Shown here piece by piece: positions 1 through 12,392 of a stretch of DNA of 64,000 nt (positions within the stretch are counted from its first letter, which is position 1; the number at the start of each line of letters is the position of its first letter). Source of the stretch: Macrostomum lignano (lineage: Eukaryota). Location: assembly GCA_002269645.1 (NCBI GenBank), contig NIVC01000946.1, positions 337,101-401,100 of the forward strand, read 5' to 3'. The notes below the pieces were generated by a model, which made no database searches, was not told the origin of the DNA, and saw only the letters and a list, made by a program, of their open reading frames with translations. The translations under genes and the position numbers were made by a program.

Positions 1-1
1 C

Positions 2-1534
2 GACCAGTCGACCGTAGCCAAATGGTTGGCGCCATTGCGCATCGGTCGAGTCTGTTCGAACGATCCCGAGCGTCTAGTTGCTATGCGAACCGATTTCGAA
101 CGCTTGCGCAAAGACGCGCAGGCTAGGGGCCTGTTCAAGCCCAGCTTAGTGTTCTACGCCCTGATGCTGGCCCACATATTCGCATTGGAGGCCATTGCCT
201 ACGCCTGTCTGCGCTTCTGGGGCACCGGCTGGTTGCCTTACATTGTGGCGCTGTGCCTGTACGCTACGGCGCAGAGTCAGGCTAGCTGGCTGCAGCACGA
301 CTTCGGGCACTTGTCGGTGTTTCACAATCGCCGATGGGACGGCTGGCTGCACCAGCTCACTATGAGCTATTTCAAAGGCGCCTCAGCGCACTGGTGGAAG
401 CATCTGCACTATCAGCATCATTCCAAGCCGAACGTTATGAATAAAGATCCCGACGTTCGCATCCAGCCGCTGTTCGTTGTTGGGAAAACTATGCCGAAAG
501 AGACTGCGGCTAATCCTAAAAGTCCATACGTGCCCTATCATTTCCAGCACAGGTATTTCTTTGCCATCGGACCGCCGCTGCTGTTCCCGGTGTACTTTCA
601 AATTGCCACTTTCAGGCACGCCCTTTCGCGTCGCTGCTACGTTGATTTGGCCTGCATGGCCCTGTTCTTTGCCAAGATCGTTGTACTGTACCGGCCGCTG
701 CTGGGTCTGGGCGGCGCTTTCCTTTATTACTTCCTGGTGCGGATGATCGAGAGTCACTGGTGAGTGTCGTGTTTGTTAGTTTTGAATGTGTGCATGCCGA
801 TATGTCTGTTATTAACTAGCATGTTATGTTCGATAGTTTACCTGCTAGACTGTTCACTGGTTAGATTATTTACCTTTAGATAGTTCACCGGTTAGATTGT
901 TCACCTATTAGATTGTTCAACTGTTCGATTGTTCACCTATTAGATTGTTCAACTGTTCGATTGTTCACCTGATAGATTGTTCACCTGTTAGATAGTTCAC
1001 CGGTTAGATTGTTCACCTATTAGATTGTTCAACTGTTAGATGGTTAACCTGCTAACTAGTTCACCTGTTAGATAGTTCACTTGTTACTCGTAGATAGTTC
1101 ACCAGTCAGATAGTTAACTATGTAGCTTAACCTTCTAGTACCTTCACCTGTTAGACAGCAGCTTCACCTCAACTTTCTCTGTCTCCAGGTTCACTTGGGT
1201 GTCGCAGAGCAACCACATCCCCATGGAGATTGAGCACGACCGCGCTGAGCCTTGGCTGGCCCTTCAGCTGCACGCCACCTGCGACATCGAGAAGTCGCCA
1301 TTCAACGATTGGTTCACCGGACACCTGAACTTTCAAATCGAGCACCACCTGTTCCCAACAATGCCACGTCATAACTATTACAAAATCCAGCCGGATGTGC
1401 AACACCTGTGCCAAAAGTACGGCATCCGGCACGAGATTAAGCCGCTGTGGCGAGCCTTCTGCGACGTTATCGGATCGCTGCGCCACTCTGGCGAAATCTG
1501 GCACGCGGCTTATCACGCCCATCATATGGACTAA
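2..1534 (+). CDS. FADS2-like: Front-end (delta-5/delta-6 type) fatty acid desaturase, 5'-truncated by the window; join(2..759,1189..1534)
   Basis: All three His boxes are present (HDFGH, HYQHH, QIEHH). The GTGAGT donor at 760 and the TCTCCAG acceptor ending at 1188 join to give [16 protein letters not shown], as in FADS proteins. Stop TAA at 1532-1534. The frame is open from base 2 ([10 protein letters not shown], the region just after the cytochrome b5 domain). Confidence 0.95.
830..1145. repeat. Degenerate ~11-22 bp tandem repeat (gattgttcacc/tagatagttcacc) inside the desaturase intron
   Basis: Repeated gattgttca / atagttcacc units visible in the sequence. Confidence 0.8.
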
Positions 1535-1918
1535 GGCTGCAGTGTTCGATTGTCTACTGTCAGTAGCTGATCGGCACATCGGGTGGACTACTTGAGGAGA
1601 TATTTTATTGTTTCACGCACCATTTCGTGTGCTGTCATGTTTGTGGATTATATTAATTAATATACATATAAGTAATATTATGGAACTCAGCGTCGAACTT
1701 TATTTTTGTTGGACTATGAGCCAATTTGATATGCCGTTCATTTATTGATTTTGCAAACTTATTCTGTTATGTGTCTCATCTTTGTCATTTTTATTCTGTC
1801 GCAATCGGATGCTAAATAGGTTATTATTATAGCTTAAGTTTTCTTGCTTTTGTTTTTCTGTATTTTGACATCCGCATTCTTGTGCGTCTCTACAAATGCT
1901 TTGCTAGCCTGATGTATG

Positions 1919-1924
1919 AATAAA
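1919..1924 (+). terminator. Candidate polyadenylation signal of the desaturase gene
   Basis: AATAAA ~385 nt after the stop, at the end of a U-rich 3' UTR-like stretch. Confidence 0.5.
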
Positions 1925-2022
1925 TATTAATTTAATTTTTCCCCGATTTTAAATATATTGTTGAGCGTGTTTCCGGCAAATCCAGGCATCGGAGAAAGCT
2001 CGAGGTCTATATGTACATTCGG

Positions 2023-2210
2023 AAAGATATTGAGCCAGTGAATCTGTATTCTAAATGTACATTAGGGGAAGAGATTGAGCCAGTGAATCTGTGGTCTAAA
2101 TGTACATTAGGGGAAGAGATTGAGCCAGTGAATCTGTGGTCTAAATGTACATTAGGGGAAGAGATTGAGCCAGTGAATCTGTGGTCTAAATGTACATTAG
2201 GGGGAAGAGA
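2023..2210. repeat. 40-bp minisatellite, ~4.5 copies
   Basis: gattgagccagtgaatctgtggtctaaatgtacattaggggaaga repeated. Confidence 0.9.
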
Positions 2211-2979
2211 TTGAGTTAATCACTTAAACCAGTGCTTATTAGCTCTTTAACAGATAGATCTCTAATATATAACTGATAGACCTTAAAATTGGTGAAATTG
2301 CCAACTGACATTGTTTTGATAATTATTGACAATTTATTTCAGCTTTTTTATTCAAATTGCGGCCATTTTTATACTTAAAAAGAGTTTAAAAATTTCTGCA
2401 CTCTTAGCCACGATTTTTTTCTGCTTTTTAATCGTAAAATCTACCCCTATAAACTCTTGTGCACCTACTTTGCCGCTGCTGAAACTCAAAATCTAACATG
2501 CAGATGCGCCATTCCGATCTGTCTTGGGGCGTTTTTTAACTTTGTTTTCTTTACTTATTGCTGCTAATCTTTAGTTTGATTTTTGTTTTGTTAAAAATCA
2601 CTTCGTTAGAGACTATCCCAGTGTCATTAAATTATTTTATATTTATTATATCTGTCATATTTAGCATTGACTGTTGTCATTTGTACTTAAATTGATGAAA
2701 ATATAAACGCTTCTATTTTGTTTACTGTTGGTGAGCTTCTCCCTTTTATTGCACTTTTATTGTATACTCGCATATACTAGTATCAATAACGCTTATGCGC
2801 TTTTACACAGCATACGCTAAGGAAGGTGTTGCACTTCTAAATGCTTTTGTTGAAATTTAAGAAGCAATCATGTTTATATTGAGGCTGACTTACTGATACC
2901 TTATTTAAAGTACTTCATGTACCTAATTGATTATGCAGAGCGATTTCAATTTTTATTTCAGTTTTCAAAAGGTTTATTG

Positions 2980-3530
2980 GTCTGGTCAGGATTGGGTAGG
3001 CTAGAGTGTCTGATTGGTCAGGATTGGGTAGGCTAGAGTGTCTGATTGGTCAGGATGGGGTAGGCTAGAGTGTGTCTGATTGGTCAGGATGGGGTAGGCT
3101 AGAGTGCGTCTGATTGGTCAGGATGGGGTAGGCTAGAGTGCGTCTGATTGGTCAGGATTGGGTAGGCTAGAGTGTCTGATTGGTCAGGATTGGGTAGGCT
3201 AGAGTGTGTCTGATTGGTCAGGATGGGGGTAGGCTAGAGTGTGTCTGATTGGTCAGGATGGGGGTAGGCTAGAGTGTGTCTGATTGGTCAGGATTGGGTA
3301 GGCTAGAGTGTGTCTGATTGGTCAGGATTGGGTAGGCTAGAGTGTGTCTGATTGGTCAGGATGGGGGTAGGCTAGAGTGTGTCTGATTGGTCAGGATTGG
3401 GTAGGCTAGAGTGTGTCTGATTGGTCAGGATTGGGTAGGCTAGAGTGTGTCTGATTGGTCAGGATGGGGTAGGCTAGAGTGTGTCTGATTGGTCAGAATG
3501 GGGTAGGCTAGAGTGTGGCTGATTGGTCAG
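2980..3530. repeat. 26-29 bp CCAAT-containing minisatellite
   Basis: tctgattggtcaggat(t/g)gggtaggctagagtgtg units. Confidence 0.92.
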
Positions 3531-4269
3531 GATTTCTATTATATTCATTTATATCAAACGGCTTTGATATAATTACTTGGAATGGCAATTTTACCCATTG
3601 GTATAAAAGCAAGAATTGTATTTTAATATCTATACTACAACAAAAGCATGAATACCTTTTGTTGTCTATTATCTTAGAATACTGACTTAATACTGCACTT
3701 TTATTCAAAGTACTTATGCTTCTATGTGATGATATATTGTGAGTCTATGTATTGCAATTTTGTCAATAATAATTTTTGCAGGCATGAGAATAAGATCGCT
3801 TTTAAGCATAAATCGCTCAGTTACAATCGTACCCATATACACGATCGTCTATATTCGGGTTTTGTATTGAAGAAGTTATTTTTATTCGTAATTTAAATAT
3901 TTTTTCTATCAGCTTTTTATCTGTTTAGTGTTGAATTTAGCAAAGCAAAAAGCACATCTTTATCTTGTCCTGCATTACCCAACTATTGAGAATAACTGCT
4001 TTGATTAAGTGTTACATTTGCTTGCTTTTGCCATTGGTATTCAAAATTGGATGCTTAGTATTTACTGTTAGTAGTATTTTGCCATTTTTAGTTTTAAGTG
4101 GCGCTGCTTCTACAGTGGTTTGTAGTCTATTATTACACCTGTACCCTGCCCCAATTGTTATAATAATAAACATCTAGCTGCTAACTGTCGCTGCGAACTT
4201 ATCCTTTGCGATCAAGTAGAAAATTTTGTAATTGATATGCTTATCATATCCGGCTGATAGGGTCGTGTC

Positions 4270-4683
4270 AGTATTAGAGTGTGGTGATGTCTGATTGGTC
4301 AGAATGGGTAGGCTAGAGTGTGTCTGATTGGTCAGAATGGGGTAGGCTAGAGTGTGTCTGATTGGTCAGGATGGGGTAGGCTAGTGTGTCTGATTGGTCA
4401 GGATGGATTAGGCTAGAGTGTGCCTGATTGGTCAGGATGAGGTAAGCTAGAGTGTGCCTGATTGGTCAGGATGGGGTAGGCTAGAGTGTCAGATTGGTCA
4501 AGATGGGGTTGGCTAGAGTGTCAGATTGGTCAAGATGGGGTTGGCTAGAGTGTCAGTTTGGTCAGGATGGGGTAGGCTAGAGTGTGCCTGATTGGTCAGA
4601 ATGAGGTAAGCTAGAGTGTGCCTGATTGGTCAGGATGGGGTAAGCTAGAGTGTGCCTGATTGGTCAGGATGGGGTAGGCTAGT
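4270..4683. repeat. Second array of the same minisatellite family as 2980-3530
   Basis: Same tctgattggtcaggatggggtaggctagagtgtg unit, more diverged. Confidence 0.9.
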
Positions 4684-4817
4684 CTCTAAAGTTCCGTCAA
4701 CAAACTGATCGTTGTTATAAAAATGTTAGCTTAGTATCATTTACTAAATCATATTGCATGCTCAGGTGCATCTCTGCCCATTTGGCAGCACCTAGTTACA
4801 CCTAGCTACTTACCCGA

Positions 4818-5234
4818 ATGGACTCAAAGCCTAGCGGCCAACAGCAGCAGCGCCAGCCAACCTCACTTGCCAGCGGCAGCGGCGGCCTCTTTAACTGGCT
4901 ATTCGGCCTGAATCCGGCCAGCTATCCTCGCTCGGTGAATTATTATTCTAGCTACGCCAGCGAAACCGCCCCGCCCTCGGCTGATGCAGGCGTGCCCACT
5001 ACTGTTAGTAGTAGAGACAGCAGCGATTCGCCTAACTATTCACTTCCGGCCACTGCATCCAGCGCCTCTCCTATACTACTGAGCCAGATGACGTCAGCCG
5101 CTCAGTCACCTTTAATTAGCATTCACGGCGGCGACGAGTCTTTGAAATCGGCCGCCGAACTGTTCGGCGCTCGCCGACGTCGCGACTCGGAAATGTTTCG
5201 CGATTTGAACGCTAATGCGCCCAATAATTTCTAG
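4818..5234 (+). CDS. Hypothetical 138-aa Ser/Ala/Pro-rich protein, intronless
   Basis: ATG-to-TAG ORF in a GC-rich island with codon usage like the neighbouring genes; non-repetitive; ends in RRRRDSEMFRDLNANAPNNF. Confidence 0.6.
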   Translation: MDSKPSGQQQQRQPTSLASGSGGLFNWLFGLNPASYPRSVNYYSSYASETAPPSADAGVPTTVSSRDSSDSPNYSLPATASSASPILLSQMTSAAQSPLISIHGGDESLKSAAELFGARRRRDSEMFRDLNANAPNNF

Positions 5235-5999
5235 GCGTAACTGATCGTACGGTGGGGTAGCGGGTTCAGAAGTAACGAGAATTTCGTTCTGCATGAGTAA
5301 CCTAAATCGAATCTATCAGCCTGTATGCATCAGTGATGACTCTACATGACAGTCCAGACCTCAAGATAAAAATATTACAACAGTTTTTTGTCGGCTTGTT
5401 CTCTAGACCTGAAAAAACGTTGAGAACTTTACTGACTAGACTAAAAAGTGCTTATAAGTGAGGCTATGGAACTTTTGACACAACAAATAGATTGTCATGG
5501 ACAGAAACTTTTCATTATCATGGCGCCGGTCTGGGTTGGCAAACTTCGGCCCGCGAAGCCTCTCTATCCGGTCCTCGTGTCCTTTGTAACTTCACAATAG
5601 CAATCTTCTCTCTCCTCTCTTCTCCCCTCTCCTATTTCATCAATTCTCTCCTTTTGTCCTCTGTCTTCTCAGGTTCTCTATCTGGCTTTTGCCGACCCCT
5701 GATGTCACCGATGCATGCAGGCGAGTTGCCATCCATTGGGTGATCATGGTAGTACCGGTTGTTCTGTCTATTCTAAAGGCTATTCTTAATTCTACTATAT
5801 TCTATTTTATATACTCTGCGCTATCTAATGACGAAATTTCTGTGTCCGCTATGTTTAGTTTTTCAGTCCGCACTATACTTTCTACTTATATCAGTAGACG
5901 AACTCGGACATACATCCTTTAGTGTTGTAGTTAGCCAAGCACAAAGAAGAAGTAAAAAGAAGGATATCACCAATCCGGTATACTTGGCAACTCGAATGG

Positions 6000-6192
6000 A
6001 TCAGCCCATGAAGGCCAACCTCCCCCCCCCCCCTAAGGCACAGAGATTGTACATGCCTGACGACTGAAATGTCAGAGTCGCTGTACACCCTGTGTGAGCG
6101 TGTGTGTGAGTGCTGTGCCTGCGTACTGTATTGGCGCGCTTGTATTGTGCTTAGGAGTCAGCGGAATGGGCAGACTTGCCGTCAGCTCTGGT
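6000..6192 (+). mobile_element. Diverged partial copy of tRNA-derived SINE family 1
   Basis: Shares ccatgaaggccaacc..aaggcacagagattgtacatgcctgacga..gtcgctgtacac..attggcgcgcttgta..gagtcagcggaatgggcag with the copies at 28480-28720 and 51180-51735. Confidence 0.8.
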
Positions 6193-6714
6193 TTTGAGAC
6201 GATGTCGTCGTCTAAGGCGTTGCGCCATGGTGCAATGTTATTATGGTGGATTATGCTCGTAAATTTACTATTGAAGTTCACAGACAACGGACCAAAGCTA
6301 CATTAAGTTTGCGATAAGACCCATCTGCGATGTGTGTAATCATTTTTTCGCTTTTTAAATCGCTTTATATTCGAGTTGATCGTGAGTTAAACGTGTAAAC
6401 AAGCGCGTATTATATTCGCATAATAATATTTCATAATTGCGAGTCATCGTTTTGTACAGCAAACTAAGTACATCGCAACCTCTGCTGCGTGCACTGTAGG
6501 TCGCTTTAAATCTTGTGATATTATATAGCAAGCACCATTGAGTAACTCTTAATAGTAGTTAAGCTCCTCAATACAGTAATTATTGTAATTTTATCCATGC
6601 TATCAAAACATTTATGCTTGTAAAAATAAACATTTTCGAGTCATTTTACATTATTCTAGATATTCTGTTCATTTTGGTTGTTTCAATTGCTCCGTCATAC
6701 AAAATTAAATCTCC

Positions 6715-7745
6715 TGATTGGCCACAGTCTTGTCTTATCTTTCCTAACTGATTACCTTCCTTCCCCTGGACCTCTGATTGGCTGCAATCTCCCCTACCTC
6801 AATTCTTCTGATTGGCTGCAATCTTTCTCCCCCCCCCCTCTAGTGCCTCTGATTAACTGCAATCTCCCCCCCCCTTAGTGCCTCTGATTAGCTGCAATCT
6901 CCCCCCTTTAGTGCCTCTGATTAACTGCAATCTCCCCCCCCTTAGTGCCTCTGATTAGCTGCAATCTCCCCCCTTTAGTGCCTCTGATTGGCTGCAATCT
7001 CCCCCATAGTGCCTCTGATTAACTGCAATCTCCCCCCTTAGTGCCTCTGATTAGCTGCAATCTCCCCCATAGTGCCTCTGATTAACTGCAATCTCCCCCC
7101 TTAGTGCCTCTGATTGGCTGATATCCCCCTAGTGCCTCCGATTGGCTGCAATCTCCCCCCCTTAGTGCCTCTGATTGGCTGCAAGCTCCCCCTTAGTGCC
7201 TCTGATTGGCTGATATCCCCCTAGTGCCTCCGATTGGCTTAAATCTCCTTCCCCTTAGTGCCTCTGATTGGCTGATATCTCCTTCCCCTTAGTGCCTCTG
7301 ATTGGCTGATATCCCCCTAGTGCCTCCGATTGGCTGCAATCTCCCCCCCCTTAGTGCCTCTGATTGGCTGCAAGCTCCCCCTTAGTGTCTCTGATTGGCT
7401 GATATCCCCCCTAGTGCCTCCGATTGGCTGCAATCTCCCTCCCCCTTAGTGCCTCTGATTGGCTGCAAGCTCCCCCTTAGTGCCTCTGATTGGCTGATAC
7501 CCCTCCTAGTGCCTCCGATTGGCTTCAATCTCCTTCCCCTTAGTGCCTCTGATTGGCTGATATCTCCTTCCCCTTAGTGCCTCTGATTGGCTGATATCCC
7601 CCCTAGTGCCTCCGATTGGCTGCAATCTCCCCCTTATTGTCTCTGATTGGCTGCAAGCTCCCCCTTAGTGCCTCTGATTGGCTGCAATCTCCCCCCTCAG
7701 TGCTTCTGATTGGCTGCAATCTTTGCTGCTCTAATTGGCTGTACT
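6715..7745. repeat. ~30 bp CCAAT-containing minisatellite directly upstream of receptor gene A
   Basis: ccccttagtgcctctgattggctgcaatct units. Confidence 0.92.
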
Positions 7746-7930
7746 TCCCACCTTCCCATCCAAGCCTGTGATTGGCTATGGCATTTCTCTCCCTCTTCCA
7801 AGCCGCCGCCTTTCCTTTCCCCTCCATGCCCCTCCAGCCAATCTAAAAGTGCAGTGTAGTACACTGAAAACACTCGCGGCGCCAATCCAATTTATGCGGC
7901 TTGCCTCGGCCGTCAAGCAGCTGCGCCGAC

Positions 7931-9031
7931 ATGCAGCTTAGCCGATGGCCGCTGCCTCCGCCCGCACTGCTGTTGCTTTTCCTGACCAGTTTGCGGTCCA
8001 ACTGCATGGTCGCCGCCGCAGAGTCCACCGCTATTGAATTTGAAATCGCCGCCTCCGACGCGGCAATGTCGGAGCTGACAGCCCAGTCTGGATCTGGCGG
8101 CAGTCGATCAGTTGACCAAATCCTGCAACTGTGCATGCGCCAATCGCCCGAACTGTTCTGCGCCTGGTTCTCCTTTCGAGTCAGTCGATACCCGACTGGG
8201 CACAGTTTCCCCAATTCGTCTTCAATGCTTTCGTATAGTGACGAGTTTCTGTTCACCTGTTTCAATGAAGTGAAGTTCGGCTGCAATCGCAATGCAAAAT
8301 GTGCACCTAGTCGGCGTCTTGTCGGCCTTGACGTCACCCACGAGTGCTACTGTTCCTGCGCCTTCTTCGGCAGTAACAAAGGCTTCAATCGCTACTTTCA
8401 GAAGCAGATGAAGCGACAGCAATTACCAACCAATGGCTATAGCGGTGACATTGGCCGGGTCTATCAGTGCTCCAGCCTGTGCGACCATGAGCCTGTCTGT
8501 GTGAATAGCTTCGACGAATCGCCGGCGATCTGCAGCATCTACGACAGGCACGCCTCCAGCCCGTGGTCCGTGGCCTCCCTGACCCTGGGCATCGCGGCCG
8601 TGCTTGTCACCCTGTCCTATCTGTTGAATGCTGTGCTGAAAGGCCTGCTGATGTCCGTCTGTCCGAAGTGGCGCCGTTTGCGCCGCCTGTTCCGTCGCTG
8701 CTCCCCGTTCGGTCGTGCAAGGCGAAGCAACCGCAGCAGGCGCGACAACGAAGGCGAAGCCGACGAGGACCAGGCGGATGAGGAGGAGGAGGAAGAGTTC
8801 GACAGCGCCGAGCCAGAACCGACGGTGCGTCGGCAACTGGAGCCGTCGATGATAATGCCGCTGCGTTTGCTCAGACCGGCGCCAGTCGCTCCGCCGCCCT
8901 ATGAGGCAGCCGTGGCCCAGTCAGATGCCGCTTCAACAATGATTCCTCTAGCCCCGCCTCCGCCTTACACAGAGCGGGATCAAAATAATGATTGTAGTAG
9001 CAGTCCTGTCACTGCTGGATCTACCTGGTGA
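7931..9031 (+). CDS. Type I membrane protein A (366 aa): signal peptide, Cys-rich ectodomain ending in a half-LDLa-like motif, one TM helix, acidic tail with two PPxY motifs
   Basis: First in-frame ATG at 7931. Hydrophobic leader PALLLLFLTSL; CDHEPVCVNSFDESPAIC; TM VASLTLGIAAVLVTLSYLLNAVL; PPPYE and PPPPY. Clear paralog at 12393-13229. Confidence 0.85.
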   Translation: MQLSRWPLPPPALLLLFLTSLRSNCMVAAAESTAIEFEIAASDAAMSELTAQSGSGGSRSVDQILQLCMRQSPELFCAWFSFRVSRYPTGHSFPNSSSMLSYSDEFLFTCFNEVKFGCNRNAKCAPSRRLVGLDVTHECYCSCAFFGSNKGFNRYFQKQMKRQQLPTNGYSGDIGRVYQCSSLCDHEPVCVNSFDESPAICSIYDRHASSPWSVASLTLGIAAVLVTLSYLLNAVLKGLLMSVCPKWRRLRRLFRRCSPFGRARRSNRSRRDNEGEADEDQADEEEEEEFDSAEPEPTVRRQLEPSMIMPLRLLRPAPVAPPPYEAAVAQSDAASTMIPLAPPPPYTERDQNNDCSSSPVTAGSTW

Positions 9032-9129
9032 GTACGGCTTGTAATGTACATGCAGATATGCTTGGGTTTGTGCTTTCGAAATTCATTCGATAATTATTCG
9101 ACAAATGAGACGACAGGTTGGAAATGTCT

Positions 9130-9718
9130 CTTGGAGCAGGTCTTGCTGGAGCAGAGAGCGGAGCAAGTAAGAGATAGGAGCAGGTAGAAATAGGAGCAGG
9201 TAGTGAGCGGAGCAGGTAGAGAGCGGAGCAGGTAGAGAGCGGAGCAGGTAGAGAGCGGCGCAGGTAGAGAGTGGAGCAGGTAGAGAGTGGAGCAGGTAGA
9301 GAGCGGAGCAGGTAGAAATAGGAGCAGGTAGAGAGCGGAGCAGGTAGAGAGCGGAGCAGGTAGAGAGCGGAGCAGGTAGAGAGTGGCGCAGGTAGAGAGC
9401 GGAGCAGGTAGAGAGTGGAGCAGGTAGAGAGCGGAGCAGGTAGAAATAGGAGCAGGTAGAAATAGGAGCAGGTAGAGAGCGGAGCAGGTAGAGAGTGGAG
9501 CAGGTAGAGAGTGGAGCAGGTAGAGAGTGGAGCAGGTAGAGAGCGGAGCAGGTAGAGAGCAGAGCAGGTAGAGAGTGGAGCAGGTAGAGAGCAGAGCAGG
9601 TAGAGAGCGGAGCAGGTAGAGAGCGGAGCAGGTAGAGAGCGGAGCAGGTAGAGAGCAGAGCAGGTAGAGAGCGGAGCTGGTAGAGAGCGGAGCAGGTAGA
9701 GAGCGGAGCAGGTAGAAA
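9130..9718. repeat. 17-bp purine-rich minisatellite
   Basis: agagcggagcaggtaga units. Confidence 0.92.
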
Positions 9719-10364
9719 GCGAATAGAAATATTATAAAATGTAGAGCTTCGCACTGTCTTTTCTGAAAGCAAAGAAAATTGCATATACGAGTATGCCTAT
9801 CGAAAAGGTGAATTACTTTAAACTACTTTCCCCACTGCAGACAATCCGCTGAACATTGCTCATGCCAACGTTGCCTGCAGACTATTCAGTCTCAGTATCT
9901 AGTCCAGGTGAATCTGTTATTGGTCATGACGCCTACTGATGCACTTCGATTTTAACCGGCTTTTAATGCTCAGATTTAGTTATTTTGTTTGTTATACAAG
10001 CAGAGGACACTCTTCTGCTTAGAGGATATCTGACCCAGTGGTCACGATAGGCTTGCATGACGTAATGTACAATGTCTATAGATTGCCACATACAAGGTCT
10101 CGGAAAAATATTGCATGTAATTATTATACATTGAGTCCCTGCCCTGGCTCTAGTCATTCTTTTCTATGTATTCGCTTTTGTGTTACTTAACTTATAGTGA
10201 AAACTCTTTTTTAAATAAAATATATGTTTGTCGGTTCCTATAAATTGATCATTTTTTGTTCAATTAGCCTTGAGCGCAGTCTTTGTTTGCACTCTATTCT
10301 CAACTATTTAATATTCAATTTGTAGGTGCGTTATAGTCTAGATCCTTATACAAAGACTTAGGCT

Positions 10365-11335
10365 GAGCTGCTGGGCCACCCTCCCAGATCCTCAGTTGCT
10401 GGGCCAGCCTCCCAGATCATCAGTTGCTGGGCCAGCCTCCCAGATATTCAGTTGCTTGGCCAGCTTCCCAGATATTCAGTTGCTTGGCCAGCTTCCCAGA
10501 TACTCAGTTGCTTGGCCAGCTTCCCAGATACTCAGTTGCTTGGCCAGCTTCCCAGATATTCAGTTGCTTGGCCAGCCTCCCAGATCTTCAGTTGCTTGGC
10601 CAGCTTCCCAGATACTCAGTTGCTTGGCCAGCTTCCCAGATATTCAGTTGCTTGGCCAGCTTCCCAGATATTCAGTTGCTTGGCCAGCTTCCCAGATATT
10701 CAGTTGCTTGGCCAGCTTCCCAGATACTCAGTTGCTTGGCCAGCTTCCCAGATACTCAGTTGCTTGGCCAGCTTCCCAGATACTCAGTTGCTTGGCCAGC
10801 TTCCCAGATATTCAGTTGCTTGGCCAGCTTCCCAGATATTCAGTTGCTTGGCCAGCTTCCCAGATATTCAGTTGCTTGGCCAGCTTCCCAGATACTCAGT
10901 TGCTTGGCCAGCTTCCCAGATATTCAGTTGCTTGGCCAGCTTCCCAGATACTCAGTTGCTTGGCCAGCTTCCCAGATATTCAGTTGCTTGGCCAGCTTCC
11001 CAGATATTCAGTTGCTTGGCCAGCTTCCCAGATATTCAGTTGCTTGGCCAGCTTCCCAGATATTCAGTTGCTTGGCCAGCTTCCCAGATATTCAGTTGCT
11101 TGGCCAGCCTCCCAGATATTCAGTTGCTTGGCCAGCTTCCCAGATACTCAGTTGCTTGGCCAGCTTCCCAGATATTCAGTTGCTTGGCCAGCTTCCCAGA
11201 TATTCAGTTGCTTGGCCAGCTTCCCAGATATTCAGTTGCTTGGCCAGCTTCCCAGATATTCAGTTGCTTGGCCAGCTTCCCAGATACTCAGTTGCTAGGC
11301 CAGCCTCCCAGATCTTCAGTTGCTAGGCCGGCCTC
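10365..11335. repeat. 28-bp minisatellite
   Basis: cagttgcttggccagcttcccagatatt units, ~34 copies. Confidence 0.95.
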
Positions 11336-11346
11336 CAAAATCCTCA

Positions 11347-11849
11347 CCCGACGAAAACGGTACCCAGGCCAAGAAGCGTCCCGGAGTCCCTTGCGTCGCC
11401 CCATAGTCGTTTCAGACGCGTTGCAGATGACACAGGTCCAATAGGAAAGAAGTGATTCTAAATGACTTTAAAACAACGAGATGTCAGAGTCGTATTTGAG
11501 GCGTTCCAAAGTCGCATTAGAGTCACTAAGTTGTGTTTGAAGCGCATTTGCGTCGCTTGATAAATTAGAGTCAAATTTCTGGCGTTTCAGTGGCGTTCTG
11601 CAGTCGCATAAAAGTCGCAGAAGAAGCGCTTTAGCGTCGCTGTGGAGTCGTTAGTGCGTCACTTCTGAGGCGTTCTCAACGCGTTACAGAGTCGTTACTA
11701 TCAGAAAACGCATGCTCATCGACTCAGAAGTGATGCACTAACGATTCTACAGCGACGCTGAAGAGCTTCTGCGACTTTTTGGCGATTTGTACCGTGACAT
11801 CTCAAGTGACCCCGGGACGCTTCTTGGCCTGGGCACCGCTTCCATCGGG
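11347..11849. mobile_element. Non-autonomous foldback/MITE-like element with ~47-bp imperfect terminal inverted repeats and an internal hairpin
   Basis: 11347-11393 (cccgacgaaaacggtacccaggccaagaagcgtcccggagtcccttg) is the near reverse complement of 11803-11849. Inner arms 11610-11669 and 11723-11779 are also inverted. No coding capacity. Confidence 0.7.
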
Positions 11850-12014
11850 CAAGGAACACTCAGTTTTAGCCTGGACTCTTTTACGATTCTACAACTCACG
11901 TGCCGCAATTGTGATGCAAATAAAAGTTACAAGAGTCGCCCCAGACGCACAAGAGTCACTAGAGAGTTGTTTGCAATGACTTTAGTGACTCTTGTCACGG
12001 TATCGTTTTCAACG

Positions 12015-12205
12015 GGTCAGTTGCTGGGCCATCCTCCCAGATCCTCAGTTGCCGGGCCAGCCTCCTAGATCCTCAGTTGCTGGTCCAGCCTCCCAGATAC
12101 TCAGTTGCTGGGCCAGCCTCCTAGATCCTCAGTTGCTGGACCAGCCTCCCAGATACTCAGTTGCTGGGCCAGCCTCCTAGATCCTCAGTTGCTGGTCCAG
12201 CCTCA
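12015..12205. repeat. Continuation of the 28-bp minisatellite family of 10365-11335
   Basis: cagttgctgggccagcctcccagatact units. Confidence 0.9.
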
Positions 12206-12392
12206 GATGCCAGATTTTTCACTGATTTAAAGTCACTCAATTTTTAACTCGGATTTCGCTCATATTGATTTTTTCAGTAAGCTTGATTTATTTAAATTTT
12301 TTTTCTAGAAAACATTTTGCTTTTAGCTTTTACTTTTGCCATTATAACTTTTCCAGCTACCTTGGCTTAAGAATATTAAGCACAGAAATACA

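Noticed and set aside
5530-5580. hAT-like terminal sequence (ctgggttggcaaacttcggcccgcg)
   Set aside because: No matching second end or TSD was found; too short to call
10396-11444. Three ~300-aa repetitive ORFs (also those at 9083-9784, 24035-25370, 26018-26762, 39310-41123 and 46095-47263)
   Set aside because: They are translations of tandem repeats open in several frames, with no unique coding sequence
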